In this document: piece after piece, positions 1-7,524 of the stretch
Position numbering within the stretch: the first letter of the stretch is position 1
How the letters are laid out: every line of letters starts with the position of its first letter
NCBI GenBank assembly: GCA_033765235.1
Contig: JANRIG010000020.1
Coordinates: 56,105 to 120,104 of the forward strand
Reading direction: 5' to 3'
Source: Cytophagales bacterium
GTDB lineage: Bacteria > Bacteroidota > Bacteroidia > Cytophagales > UBA9547
DNA length: 64,000 nucleotides
Translations under genes and position numbers: made by a program
The notes under the pieces: generated by a model
Database searches by the model: none
Told to the model about the DNA's origin: nothing
The model's input: the letters and a program-made list of their open reading frames with translations, nothing else

Positions 1-1
1 C

Positions 2-580
2 AGTGAACAGCTTCGCTTAACAATTGAAGTGGTTAAAGAACGACAGGAGAGTGAGTTGATTAATAATAAAGAGTATGGCTTAATCAGCAGCACACCCAAA
101 TCACAAATTATCAAAACCCGCACTGGTGCACCCACACCCGATGATTTGGATGAATTGTTGACCAAAGTGTGGAAACAACCAGGATTCTTTTTGTTACATC
201 CATTAACCGTTGCTGCTTTCGGAAGAGAGTGTACCCGTAGAGGCGTACCTCCTCCAACGGTATCTTTATTTGGTTCTCAATTTATCACTTGGAGAGGCAT
301 ACCTCTTATCCCGAGCGACAAAGTTCCGATAGCAAACGGCAAGTCTAAAATATTATTGCTCCGTACTGGAGAAGAACGCCAAGGTGTTGTAGGTTTGTAT
401 CAACCCAACCTTCCGGGGGAACAAACACCCGGTTTGTCGGTGAGATTTATGGGAATTAATGATAAGGCCATTGCATCTTACTTGGTTTCATTGTATTGTT
501 CCATCGCAGTGTTGGTGGATGATGCCATTGCGGTGTTGGATGATGTAGATATTACCAAATATCACGAATACAAATACTAG
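2..580 (+). CDS. srpI: Family 2A encapsulin shell protein (SrpI / major membrane protein I type), 5' part outside window
   Basis: Frame is open from base 2 (SEQLRLTIEVVKERQESELINNKEYGL...). Motifs GAPTPDDLDELLTKVWK, AAFGRECTRRGVPPPT, WRGIPLIPSDK and C-terminal YHEY are typical of family 2A shells; it lies directly upstream of a cargo desulfurase. Confidence 0.93.
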   Translation, partial: SEQLRLTIEVVKERQESELINNKEYGLISSTPKSQIIKTRTGAPTPDDLDELLTKVWKQPGFFLLHPLTVAAFGRECTRRGVPPPTVSLFGSQFITWRGIPLIPSDKVPIANGKSKILLLRTGEERQGVVGLYQPNLPGEQTPGLSVRFMGINDKAIASYLVSLYCSIAVLVDDAIAVLDDVDITKYHEYKY

Positions 581-594
581 ATTCTTAATTTCTT

Positions 595-629
595 AAGTAT
601 TCCTAAAGTCATACACTTTAGGAATATTT
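595..629 (+). promoter_or_regulatory. Intergenic stem-loop between encapsulin shell and cargo genes
   Basis: TATTCCTAAAGT-catac-ACTTTAGGAATA, a perfect 12-bp inverted repeat (598-626) extendable by three pairs. Confidence 0.6.
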
Positions 630-648
630 CCCAACTTTACAATTATTA

Positions 649-2559
649 ATGACAATGGATACCCCATCATTTTCAGATATACCGGATCTACAATCACTTG
701 AAAAATTAGCCAATCAGTTTTTTAAAAGTGTTCCTAATTCTGAGTCAAATTTACCAATTAATGAAAATGCAATTTCTGAGTCATATACAGCCTTAGATAG
801 CAAACCTGAATTTCCTCAAAATTTCAGCAAATCATCTTTTTCAAATCCTTTAGAATTTTCAAACAACCTTCCACAATCGGTAGCCGGAAGTGGCAAATCG
901 CCAAGCGTGAACGATCATCAAAATGATTTTAGCATCATTGACCCTCAAACGAGCTTGCCCGATCCACATTTTTATGACGGAAAAATACCGAAATCAGTTG
1001 CTGGTGGAGGCAAATCTCCTTCATTGGTAAGTAATTCAGGTGGTAGAATTGAAACTCCGAGTAAAGAACGAGCAGGTGTTACTCCATTTGCGTCTCCTTA
1101 CACAGGATTGCCTTTTGAAAGTATTCATTCGCACGACAAAGATCTACAGGAAGCATTGGGACAAATTTATTCATACGTTCCTACCTCACAAATACCCGTT
1201 GATTTACCGGTAGGCAGCAGTGATGCATCCTATTATTTCCTTGCCCATCCCAATCCTTTTCATGCGCTTGATAATATACATGTTGGGTCATTTCAACAAT
1301 CAAGAGCAACACACGGAATAACTAGTTTTGTAAAACCACCATTCGATATGAATTTGGTGAAAGCAGACTTTCCTATTCTCAAAGAAAAAGTGAACGGAAA
1401 ACCATTAATATGGCTCGACAATGCCGCCACAACCCAAAAACCCAAGCTGGTGATGGATAGAATAAATTATTTTTATGAACATGAAAATTCTAATATCCAT
1501 CGTGCCGCTCATGAACTAGCCGCACGTGCCACAGATGCTTATGAATCTGCAAGACAAAAAATACAACACTTTATCAATGCCAAATCAATCAATGAAATCA
1601 TATTTGTAAGAGGTACTACGGAAGGTATCAATTTGATAGCTCAAAGTTGGGGCGATCAGAATTTGAAAGAAGGCGATGAGATAATATTAAGTCATTTGGA
1701 ACATCATGCCAATATCGTTCCTTGGCAACTATTAGCTGCAAAAAAAGGTCTTAAACTAAGAGTTATTCCTGTTGATGATGATGGGCAAATTATATTAGAA
1801 GAATATGGTAAATTGCTAAATACCAAAACCAAATTAGTTTCTTTTACCCACGTTTCCAATGCCTTAGGCACGGTTACCCCTGCCAAAGCCATTATTGATA
1901 TGGCACATGCACAAGGGGCAAAAGTGGTATTGGATGGCGCTCAGTCTGTATCGCATATGCGTGTGGATGTGCAACATTTGAATCCTGATTTTTTTGTTTT
2001 CTCAGGTCATAAAGTATTCGGACCTACTGGTATAGGAGCTGTATATGGAAAAGAACATATATTGAATGAAACCCAACCTTGGCAAGGAGGAGGGAATATG
2101 ATTAAAGATGTAACCTTCGAACACACCGAATATCACAATGCTCCTGGCCGCTTTGAAGCAGGAACAGGCAACATTGCCGATGCAGTTGGGTTAGGTGCCG
2201 CATTGGATTATGTTGGCAAAATAGGCATAGATTTCATTAATCAATACGAGCACGCATTATTAGTATATGCAACTCATTTGCTCAAACAAGTGCCTGGTCT
2301 TAAGCTTATTGGTACCGCTCACGACAAAGCAAGCGTGCTTTCATTTGTGTTAGATGGATATAGCAATGATGAGGTAGGAAAGGCTTTAAATCAAGAAGCA
2401 ATAGCTGTTAGAACCGGTCACCATTGCGCACAACCTATTTTGAGAAGATTTGGTTTGGAAAGCACAGTAAGACCTTCCTTGGCTTTTTACAACACCTGTG
2501 GCGATGTAGATGTATTAGTTAGCACCCTTCACCGCTTGGCTGAAACGAAAAAAAGATAG
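649..2559 (+). CDS. Family 2A encapsulin cargo cysteine desulfurase (SufS-like, group II) with long disordered N-terminal cargo-loading domain
   Basis: About 230 aa Ser/Pro-rich N-terminus with LEKLANQFF and YYFL motifs, followed by WLDNAATTQKP, the PLP-lysine motif FSGHK and catalytic RTGHHCAQP. Confidence 0.93.
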   Translation: MTMDTPSFSDIPDLQSLEKLANQFFKSVPNSESNLPINENAISESYTALDSKPEFPQNFSKSSFSNPLEFSNNLPQSVAGSGKSPSVNDHQNDFSIIDPQTSLPDPHFYDGKIPKSVAGGGKSPSLVSNSGGRIETPSKERAGVTPFASPYTGLPFESIHSHDKDLQEALGQIYSYVPTSQIPVDLPVGSSDASYYFLAHPNPFHALDNIHVGSFQQSRATHGITSFVKPPFDMNLVKADFPILKEKVNGKPLIWLDNAATTQKPKLVMDRINYFYEHENSNIHRAAHELAARATDAYESARQKIQHFINAKSINEIIFVRGTTEGINLIAQSWGDQNLKEGDEIILSHLEHHANIVPWQLLAAKKGLKLRVIPVDDDGQIILEEYGKLLNTKTKLVSFTHVSNALGTVTPAKAIIDMAHAQGAKVVLDGAQSVSHMRVDVQHLNPDFFVFSGHKVFGPTGIGAVYGKEHILNETQPWQGGGNMIKDVTFEHTEYHNAPGRFEAGTGNIADAVGLGAALDYVGKIGIDFINQYEHALLVYATHLLKQVPGLKLIGTAHDKASVLSFVLDGYSNDEVGKALNQEAIAVRTGHHCAQPILRRFGLESTVRPSLAFYNTCGDVDVLVSTLHRLAETKKR

Positions 2560-2568
2560 TTTTAAAAA

Positions 2569-3417
2569 ATGAGAAATGAGATAAACCAGCGGTTCATTCA
2601 TTTTTTATACAAAAATCATCATGAAGAATGGGTGCCTACGCCTTTTCCTGCCGATGCCATCAAGTGGCTTAAGGATTTGTTAGAATATCTTTTTCCAAAT
2701 ACTTTTTTACCAAATATTTCACTTTATGAAGGGTTGTTGAAAAAAAACCAAATTGATATTGAAAATATTTTGCTGAGCTATCTCAATCATAAAAATTTTG
2801 AAATTGAAAAAACCGTAGATGATTTTTATGCTTCTCTGGAACAGATATATATCAACTTAAGAAATGATGCAGAAGCTACGGTAAACAGCGACCCTGCCGC
2901 TACGAGCATACATGAAGTAATTGTGTCATATCCGGGTTTTTTTGCAACTGCGGTATACCGTATAGCACACAAGCTAGCAAACTTAGGCGTTCCCATATTA
3001 CCCAGAATACTTTGCGAATATGCCCATGCAAATACAGGAATTGATATTCACCCCAATGCAGTTATTGGTGTACCTTTTGTGATTGACCACGGTACAGGGG
3101 TTGTAATTGGCGAAACCAGTATTATTGGTAACAATGTCACTATTTATCAAGGGGTTACATTAGGGGCATTGCATGTAGAAAAAGGACTTTCTGATACCAA
3201 ACGACATCCAACAGTTGGCGACAATGTCATTATTTATGCAAGAACTACTATTTTGGGGGGCAATACCGTTATTGGCGATAATTACATTATTGGAGGAAGT
3301 GTATTTTTAACCAAAAGTATTGAAGCCAATTCCAATGTGTTTAATACCCACCAACTGCGCATCAGTTCCAAAGACCGCAAAGTGCAAGATTACGATTTGA
3401 CGATTCAGGCTTCGTAG
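2569..3417 (+). CDS. cysE: Serine O-acetyltransferase (EpsC/CysE type)
   Basis: DPAA, YPGF, TGIDIHP, IDHGTGVVIGET, YQGVTLGA and KRHPT motifs with hexapeptide repeats. Confidence 0.9.
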   Translation: MRNEINQRFIHFLYKNHHEEWVPTPFPADAIKWLKDLLEYLFPNTFLPNISLYEGLLKKNQIDIENILLSYLNHKNFEIEKTVDDFYASLEQIYINLRNDAEATVNSDPAATSIHEVIVSYPGFFATAVYRIAHKLANLGVPILPRILCEYAHANTGIDIHPNAVIGVPFVIDHGTGVVIGETSIIGNNVTIYQGVTLGALHVEKGLSDTKRHPTVGDNVIIYARTTILGGNTVIGDNYIIGGSVFLTKSIEANSNVFNTHQLRISSKDRKVQDYDLTIQAS

Positions 3418-3649
3418 TGCGTTTATACTTAATTTAACGCAAGTACCCATTTTTTATTCTAGCTGTTAACAATTTTGTTTTAAATATATCAAGTCAACCT
3501 TGGCATAATATTGCAAGTTTAAACCAGATTTACATCCGGTTATATTCATATTTATAAGTAATCTTGTTAAAATAACAATTTGACAACTCATAAAAAAACA
3601 GAATATTATTCTGATATAAATAAATATTTTAAAAAATATAAAATTTTAT

Positions 3650-3679
3650 TTTGTATATAAAATAAAAATGCTATATTTG
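3650..3679 (+). promoter_or_regulatory. Bacteroidota housekeeping-sigma promoter (-33 TTTG / -7 TAnnTTTG) for the NTF2-sulfatase unit
   Basis: TTTG at 3650-3653, 18-nt spacer, TATATTTG at 3672-3679. Confidence 0.55.
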
Positions 3680-3681
3680 TA

Positions 3682-3765
3682 ATGCCTAATTGAAATACTT
3701 TATACGCCACCCAATAAAGTTTAAGAATATACTCACGCCACCTGCTATATTACTATTTTGGGCAT
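3682..3765 (+). ncRNA. Putative structured 5' leader RNA: basal stem enclosing two hairpins with identical ACGCCACC loop motifs
   Basis: P1 ATGCCTAA(3682-89)/TTGGGCAT(3758-65); P2 ACTTTAT(3697-3703)/ATAAAGT(3714-20); P3 AATATA(3726-31)/TATATT(3746-51); ACGCCACC at 3704-11 and 3735-42. Confidence 0.45.
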
Positions 3766-3786
3766 AATTGTACTTAACTTTTAAAG

Positions 3787-3876
3787 ATGCTCAAATATTC
3801 TTTATTCAGTCAGTACTTCATTATTATCTGTTGTTTCATTAAAAAATTTATTTGGTTTAGACCATTTTATAAATAG
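3787..3876 (+). CDS. Putative leader peptide (29 aa) with tandem Cys codons: MLKYSLFSQYFIIICCFIKKFIWFRPFYK
   Basis: ATG 3787 with A at -3, TGT-TGT at 3829-3834, TAG 3874-3876; lies between the predicted promoter and the sulfatase unit. Confidence 0.35.
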   Translation: MLKYSLFSQYFIIICCFIKKFIWFRPFYK

Positions 3877-3979
3877 AAAAAGTGCTTAGCTATTACAGGC
3901 TCTGTACTAATAATACATGATTTATGCAACCTCAAAACACAACTTATTTAGTTAATAATTAATTGTAAACTCAAATTTT

Positions 3980-4435
3980 ATGACAAAAATCATTCTTCAT
4001 TTTTCAATATTTATTTTGCTGACTTCTTGTGTAAGGGAAAGTAATACCAACCAAGAGTTAGAAGAAAGCAACAAAAAAGTGATCCTACAATTTTACCAAA
4101 AAGCTTTCAACGAGTTAGATACCAATGCCGTTGATGAATTTATTTCAGAACCTTACATTCAGCACAATCCTAATGTGCCCAATGGCAAAAAGCCAGTGAA
4201 AGAGTTGATAAGTTGGCTTGCCACCAATCAACCAAAAGGTGTAAACGAGTTTAAACGAATAATAGCAGACTCAGATTATGTGGTACTCCATGTTCGATAT
4301 GTACCCAATGATTCGGCAAATGTAGAACTGGCCTGTGTAGATATTTTTAAACTTAAAAACGGAAAGATAACCGAACACTGGGATGTTCAGCAAAATGTAC
4401 CAGCTAAGTCAGCAAATACAAATACTATGTTTTAA
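3980..4435 (+). CDS. NTF2-like / SnoaL-like lipoprotein
   Basis: Lipobox LTSC; YIQHNP and DIFKLKNGKITEHWDV motifs. Confidence 0.8.
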   Translation: MTKIILHFSIFILLTSCVRESNTNQELEESNKKVILQFYQKAFNELDTNAVDEFISEPYIQHNPNVPNGKKPVKELISWLATNQPKGVNEFKRIIADSDYVVLHVRYVPNDSANVELACVDIFKLKNGKITEHWDVQQNVPAKSANTNTMF

Positions 4436-4471
4436 AATCAATTTCAATTAATTAATTAATCTGTACCAAAA

Positions 4472-6793
4472 ATGAAAAAACTTAATCTATTCAGTGCCTC
4501 CTTGCTTGGGGTGAGTACGCTCTTTGCACAATACGACCCCGTCCAACCCTGGAATGGCAAAAACGGCAAAATTTTAGCCGAATCTACCCCTTACAAAGCC
4601 GAGCCAGCGGTAAAAACACCACAAAATGCTCCTAATGTGGTCTGGATATTGCTAGATGATATAGGATATGGTGTAATCTCTCCTTTTGGAGGAGCTGTAA
4701 ACACCCCTAATTTGCAAAAACTGGCTGACGAAGGCTTGCGATACACCAATTTTCACACTACAGCTATTTGTTCGCCCACTCGTGCCTCTTTGCTTTCAGG
4801 TCGAAATCAACACTCGGCACACATGGGCTTGTTTCCTGAAACCGCCATTGATTTTCCAGGCTACGATGCCAAAATTCCTTTCGAAAAAGCACTTATTTCG
4901 GAAGTATTACGTGAAAATGGCTACAACACTTTTGCAGTAGGCAAATGGCATTTGACTCCTGTAAATGAAGCCACACAAGCTGGTCCGTTCAACCGTTGGC
5001 CTACAGGTAGGGGATTTGATAAATACTTCGGCTTTCCTTACGGACAAGTCTCACAATGGGAACCCTACCTTTGGGAAGGAACGGATGTGGTAGAACCTGA
5101 TACCAAAAATCCGGTACACTTCACCACCTTGATTACTAATAAAGCGATCAAATACATTTCTAATCAAAAATCAGTTAATCCTGACAAACCTTTCTTTTTG
5201 TATTACACACCAGGGGCAGGACACGCTCCGCATCACGTAGACAAAGAATGGATTGAAAAATACAAAGGCAAGTTTGACAATGGCTGGGATGTGTATCGCA
5301 ATGAAACACTTGAGCGTCAAAAAAAGTTAGGCATAGTACCTCAAAATGTACAGTTACCCTTAAAAACTCCGAATGTAAAACCTTGGGATTCGCTTTCGGT
5401 AGATGAAAAGAAAGTATACGCACGTTTTTTTGAAGTATATGCCGGATTTGTAGAACATACTGACTTTGAAATAGGACGCTTAATCAATCACTTGAAAGAA
5501 ATTGGCCAGTACGAAAACACCATTTTTGCTGTGGTGGTAGGCGACAACGGTTGCTCTAAAGAAGGTACTGCCAATGGGGTAATCAATGGATATATTCAGA
5601 ATTTGCCTGAGAAAGAGCGTATTGCAGAGCTGTTGAAAAACATAGACAATATAGGAAATATCAACACGCATACCAATTTCCCCTTTGGCTGGGCATCGGC
5701 CGGAAACACCCCTTTTCGCTACCTCAAGCAAGATGCCAATGCCGAAGGCGGTACTCGCAACCCGTTGATATTGAGCTGGCCAAAAGGTATTAAAGACAAA
5801 GGTACACTTCGCCATCAGTATTCGCACGTAAACAGCCTTTGGCAAACCACTGTGGATTTGACAGGCTCCAAAGTGCCAGAATACATCAATGGCTACAAAC
5901 AAGAACCTACTGAAGGTACAAGTTTGGCTTATACCATCGACAACCCCACTGCCCCAGGCAAACATACCGTTCAATATTTTGAAATAACAGGCTCACGCGC
6001 CATATACAAAGACGGCTGGAAAGCCTCAGTATATCACAAGCAAGGTGCGCCTTTTGAAACAGACGTGTGGGAACTGTATGACTTAAACACTGACTTTAAT
6101 GAGCGAGTGAACTTGGCATCTAAAAACCCTGCAAAATTGAAAGAGCTTCAAGATCAGTTTGATACAGAAGCCAAAAAGTATAACGTATATCCGCTCAAAG
6201 ATTGGAGTGCCTCGTCTTTTGGTACCAACAAAAACAGTGCCTATGTGGGCAGAAAACAAGTAGTATTATACCCAGGATTATCTCAAACATTTGGTTTGGC
6301 AGGTCCTACTTTTTGGAATGCAAGTTTTACAATTATCAGCGATGTAGAAATTTCAAATACCAACAACGAAGGGGTATTGTTTGCCTTGGGAGGTAGATTT
6401 GGGGGCTTGAGTTTGTTTATCAAAGACCATAAATTTCAATTGGCGCATAATTTGGGAACCAAAATATTCCATGTAGAATCCTCCAAAACCATACCTGCGG
6501 GTAAAGTACAATTGAAGTATGAATTTAATTTTACTGCCACACCTAAGCCACGCGGCTCATCAGTTTTTGCCCTTGACCCTAAAGAAGCCTTAGAGCCTGC
6601 AGGAAATGAAATTTTGTATATAAATGGTGAGAAGGTAGCAGAATCGCCCATTATACGTGCTCATGGTTATATATTTGGCTATGATGAAGGATTGGATATA
6701 GGTCAAGACAATGCCAGCCCTGTTTCAGATAAATACAAAACGCCTTTTGCATTTACAGGAAGTTTAAAAAAAGTAACAATTGATTTTAAATAA
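4472..6793 (+). CDS. Secreted arylsulfatase (Cys-type, formylglycine-dependent, AtsA-like long form)
   Basis: Signal peptide; PNVVWILLDD, CSPTRASLLSGR (CxPxR), GKWHL, HAPH and DNG motifs; C-terminal beta-sandwich extension. Confidence 0.93.
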   Translation: MKKLNLFSASLLGVSTLFAQYDPVQPWNGKNGKILAESTPYKAEPAVKTPQNAPNVVWILLDDIGYGVISPFGGAVNTPNLQKLADEGLRYTNFHTTAICSPTRASLLSGRNQHSAHMGLFPETAIDFPGYDAKIPFEKALISEVLRENGYNTFAVGKWHLTPVNEATQAGPFNRWPTGRGFDKYFGFPYGQVSQWEPYLWEGTDVVEPDTKNPVHFTTLITNKAIKYISNQKSVNPDKPFFLYYTPGAGHAPHHVDKEWIEKYKGKFDNGWDVYRNETLERQKKLGIVPQNVQLPLKTPNVKPWDSLSVDEKKVYARFFEVYAGFVEHTDFEIGRLINHLKEIGQYENTIFAVVVGDNGCSKEGTANGVINGYIQNLPEKERIAELLKNIDNIGNINTHTNFPFGWASAGNTPFRYLKQDANAEGGTRNPLILSWPKGIKDKGTLRHQYSHVNSLWQTTVDLTGSKVPEYINGYKQEPTEGTSLAYTIDNPTAPGKHTVQYFEITGSRAIYKDGWKASVYHKQGAPFETDVWELYDLNTDFNERVNLASKNPAKLKELQDQFDTEAKKYNVYPLKDWSASSFGTNKNSAYVGRKQVVLYPGLSQTFGLAGPTFWNASFTIISDVEISNTNNEGVLFALGGRFGGLSLFIKDHKFQLAHNLGTKIFHVESSKTIPAGKVQLKYEFNFTATPKPRGSSVFALDPKEALEPAGNEILYINGEKVAESPIIRAHGYIFGYDEGLDIGQDNASPVSDKYKTPFAFTGSLKKVTIDFK

Positions 6794-6800
6794 ATACCAA

Positions 6801-6842
6801 TTCCATACCTACTAAGTTTTTTAAAACTTGGCAGGTATGGAA
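6801..6842. repeat. 20-bp-arm palindrome resembling Bacteroidota REP-like elements
   Basis: TTCCATACCTACTAAGTTTT-tt-AAAACTTGGCAGGTATGGAA (one G-U, one mismatch), 8 nt after the sulfatase stop and 5 nt before the tRNA. Confidence 0.6.
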
Positions 6843-6847
6843 CTAAA

Positions 6848-6919
6848 GTCCCCTTGACCGAGTGGTTAGGTAACTGTCTGCAAAACAGTGTACATCGGTT
6901 CGAATCCGATAGGAGGACT
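6848..6919 (+). tRNA. tRNA-Cys (GCA) with an extra, bulged nucleotide in the 3' strand of the acceptor stem; CCA not encoded
   Basis: D-arm ACC-GAGTGGTTA-GGT; anticodon arm ACTGT-CTGCAAA-ACAGT; T-arm ATCGG-TTCGAAT-CCGAT; acceptor GTCCCCT / AGG(A)GGAC; discriminator T6919. Confidence 0.85.
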
Positions 6920-6940
6920 CTAACATTTTACTTAAACTTT

Positions 6941-7348
6941 ATGATTATGACAAAGATTAACACTAAATTTAGTTTTCCTGATTATTTGATAAACCTCATG
7001 GTAGGTTTGGTATTTCTTTCAGAAGGAATACAAAAGTGGATACTCCCCAACGAAAGAGGAGTAGGACGATTTGCTAAGATAGGAATTCCCTATCCTGAGT
7101 TTACCGGTTATTTTGTAGGAGTTACAGAAATAGTATGTGGTTTACTTGTACTGGCCACATTTAAAATCAGGTATTCAATTATTCCTCTACTCATCATTAT
7201 TGTGGTAGCCATCATTAGCTCCAAAATCATACCCTTTCCCGAAAAAGGATTGTGGGAAACCCTACATGCTTCAAGAAATGATTTTTGTATGCTCTTAGGG
7301 CTTATATACTTGGCATATAATGCCTTTTCAGTAAAAAAAATTGCTTAA
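6941..7348 (+). CDS. DoxX family membrane protein
   Basis: VGLVFLSEGIQK, GRFAKIGIP and FVGVTEIVCG motifs, about 4 TM segments. ATG 6941 (or 6947) is preferred over the TTG at 6854, which lies inside the tRNA. Confidence 0.85.
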   Translation: MIMTKINTKFSFPDYLINLMVGLVFLSEGIQKWILPNERGVGRFAKIGIPYPEFTGYFVGVTEIVCGLLVLATFKIRYSIIPLLIIIVVAIISSKIIPFPEKGLWETLHASRNDFCMLLGLIYLAYNAFSVKKIA

Positions 7349-7482
7349 TCAAATATAAATTCTGCACCAAAGTACTTAATGATTACATTCTTATATTAGG
7401 TAAGCTCCTTGCTATTGATTGATTATTAAAATATATGGCTACTAAACGTCTTAATACCATACAATCATATCATAAATGAATT

Positions 7483-7490
7483 TATATTTG
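7483..7490 (+). promoter_or_regulatory. -7 promoter element for the TonB-dependent receptor gene
   Basis: TATATTTG ending 35 nt upstream of ATG 7525. Confidence 0.45.
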
Positions 7491-7524
7491 TCGAAAATTT
7501 AAGTTGTTGAGCATCATTACAATA

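Noticed and set aside
871-906. GSGKS as a Walker A P-loop in the desulfurase N-terminus
   Set aside because: It lacks the [AG]x4GK[ST] spacing and the preceding hydrophobic strand, and lies in a disordered region; kept only as a repeated motif.
3500-3515. TTGGCATAATATTGCA as a sigma54 promoter
   Set aside because: Spacing is GG-N9-GC, one base short of the strict requirement.
6854-6940. 29-aa N-terminal extension of DoxX from the TTG at 6854, and AGGAGG at 6911-6916 as a Shine-Dalgarno site
   Set aside because: The extension runs through the tRNA gene. The AGGAGG is the tRNA acceptor strand, lies 24 nt from the ATG, and Bacteroidota generally do not use SD pairing.
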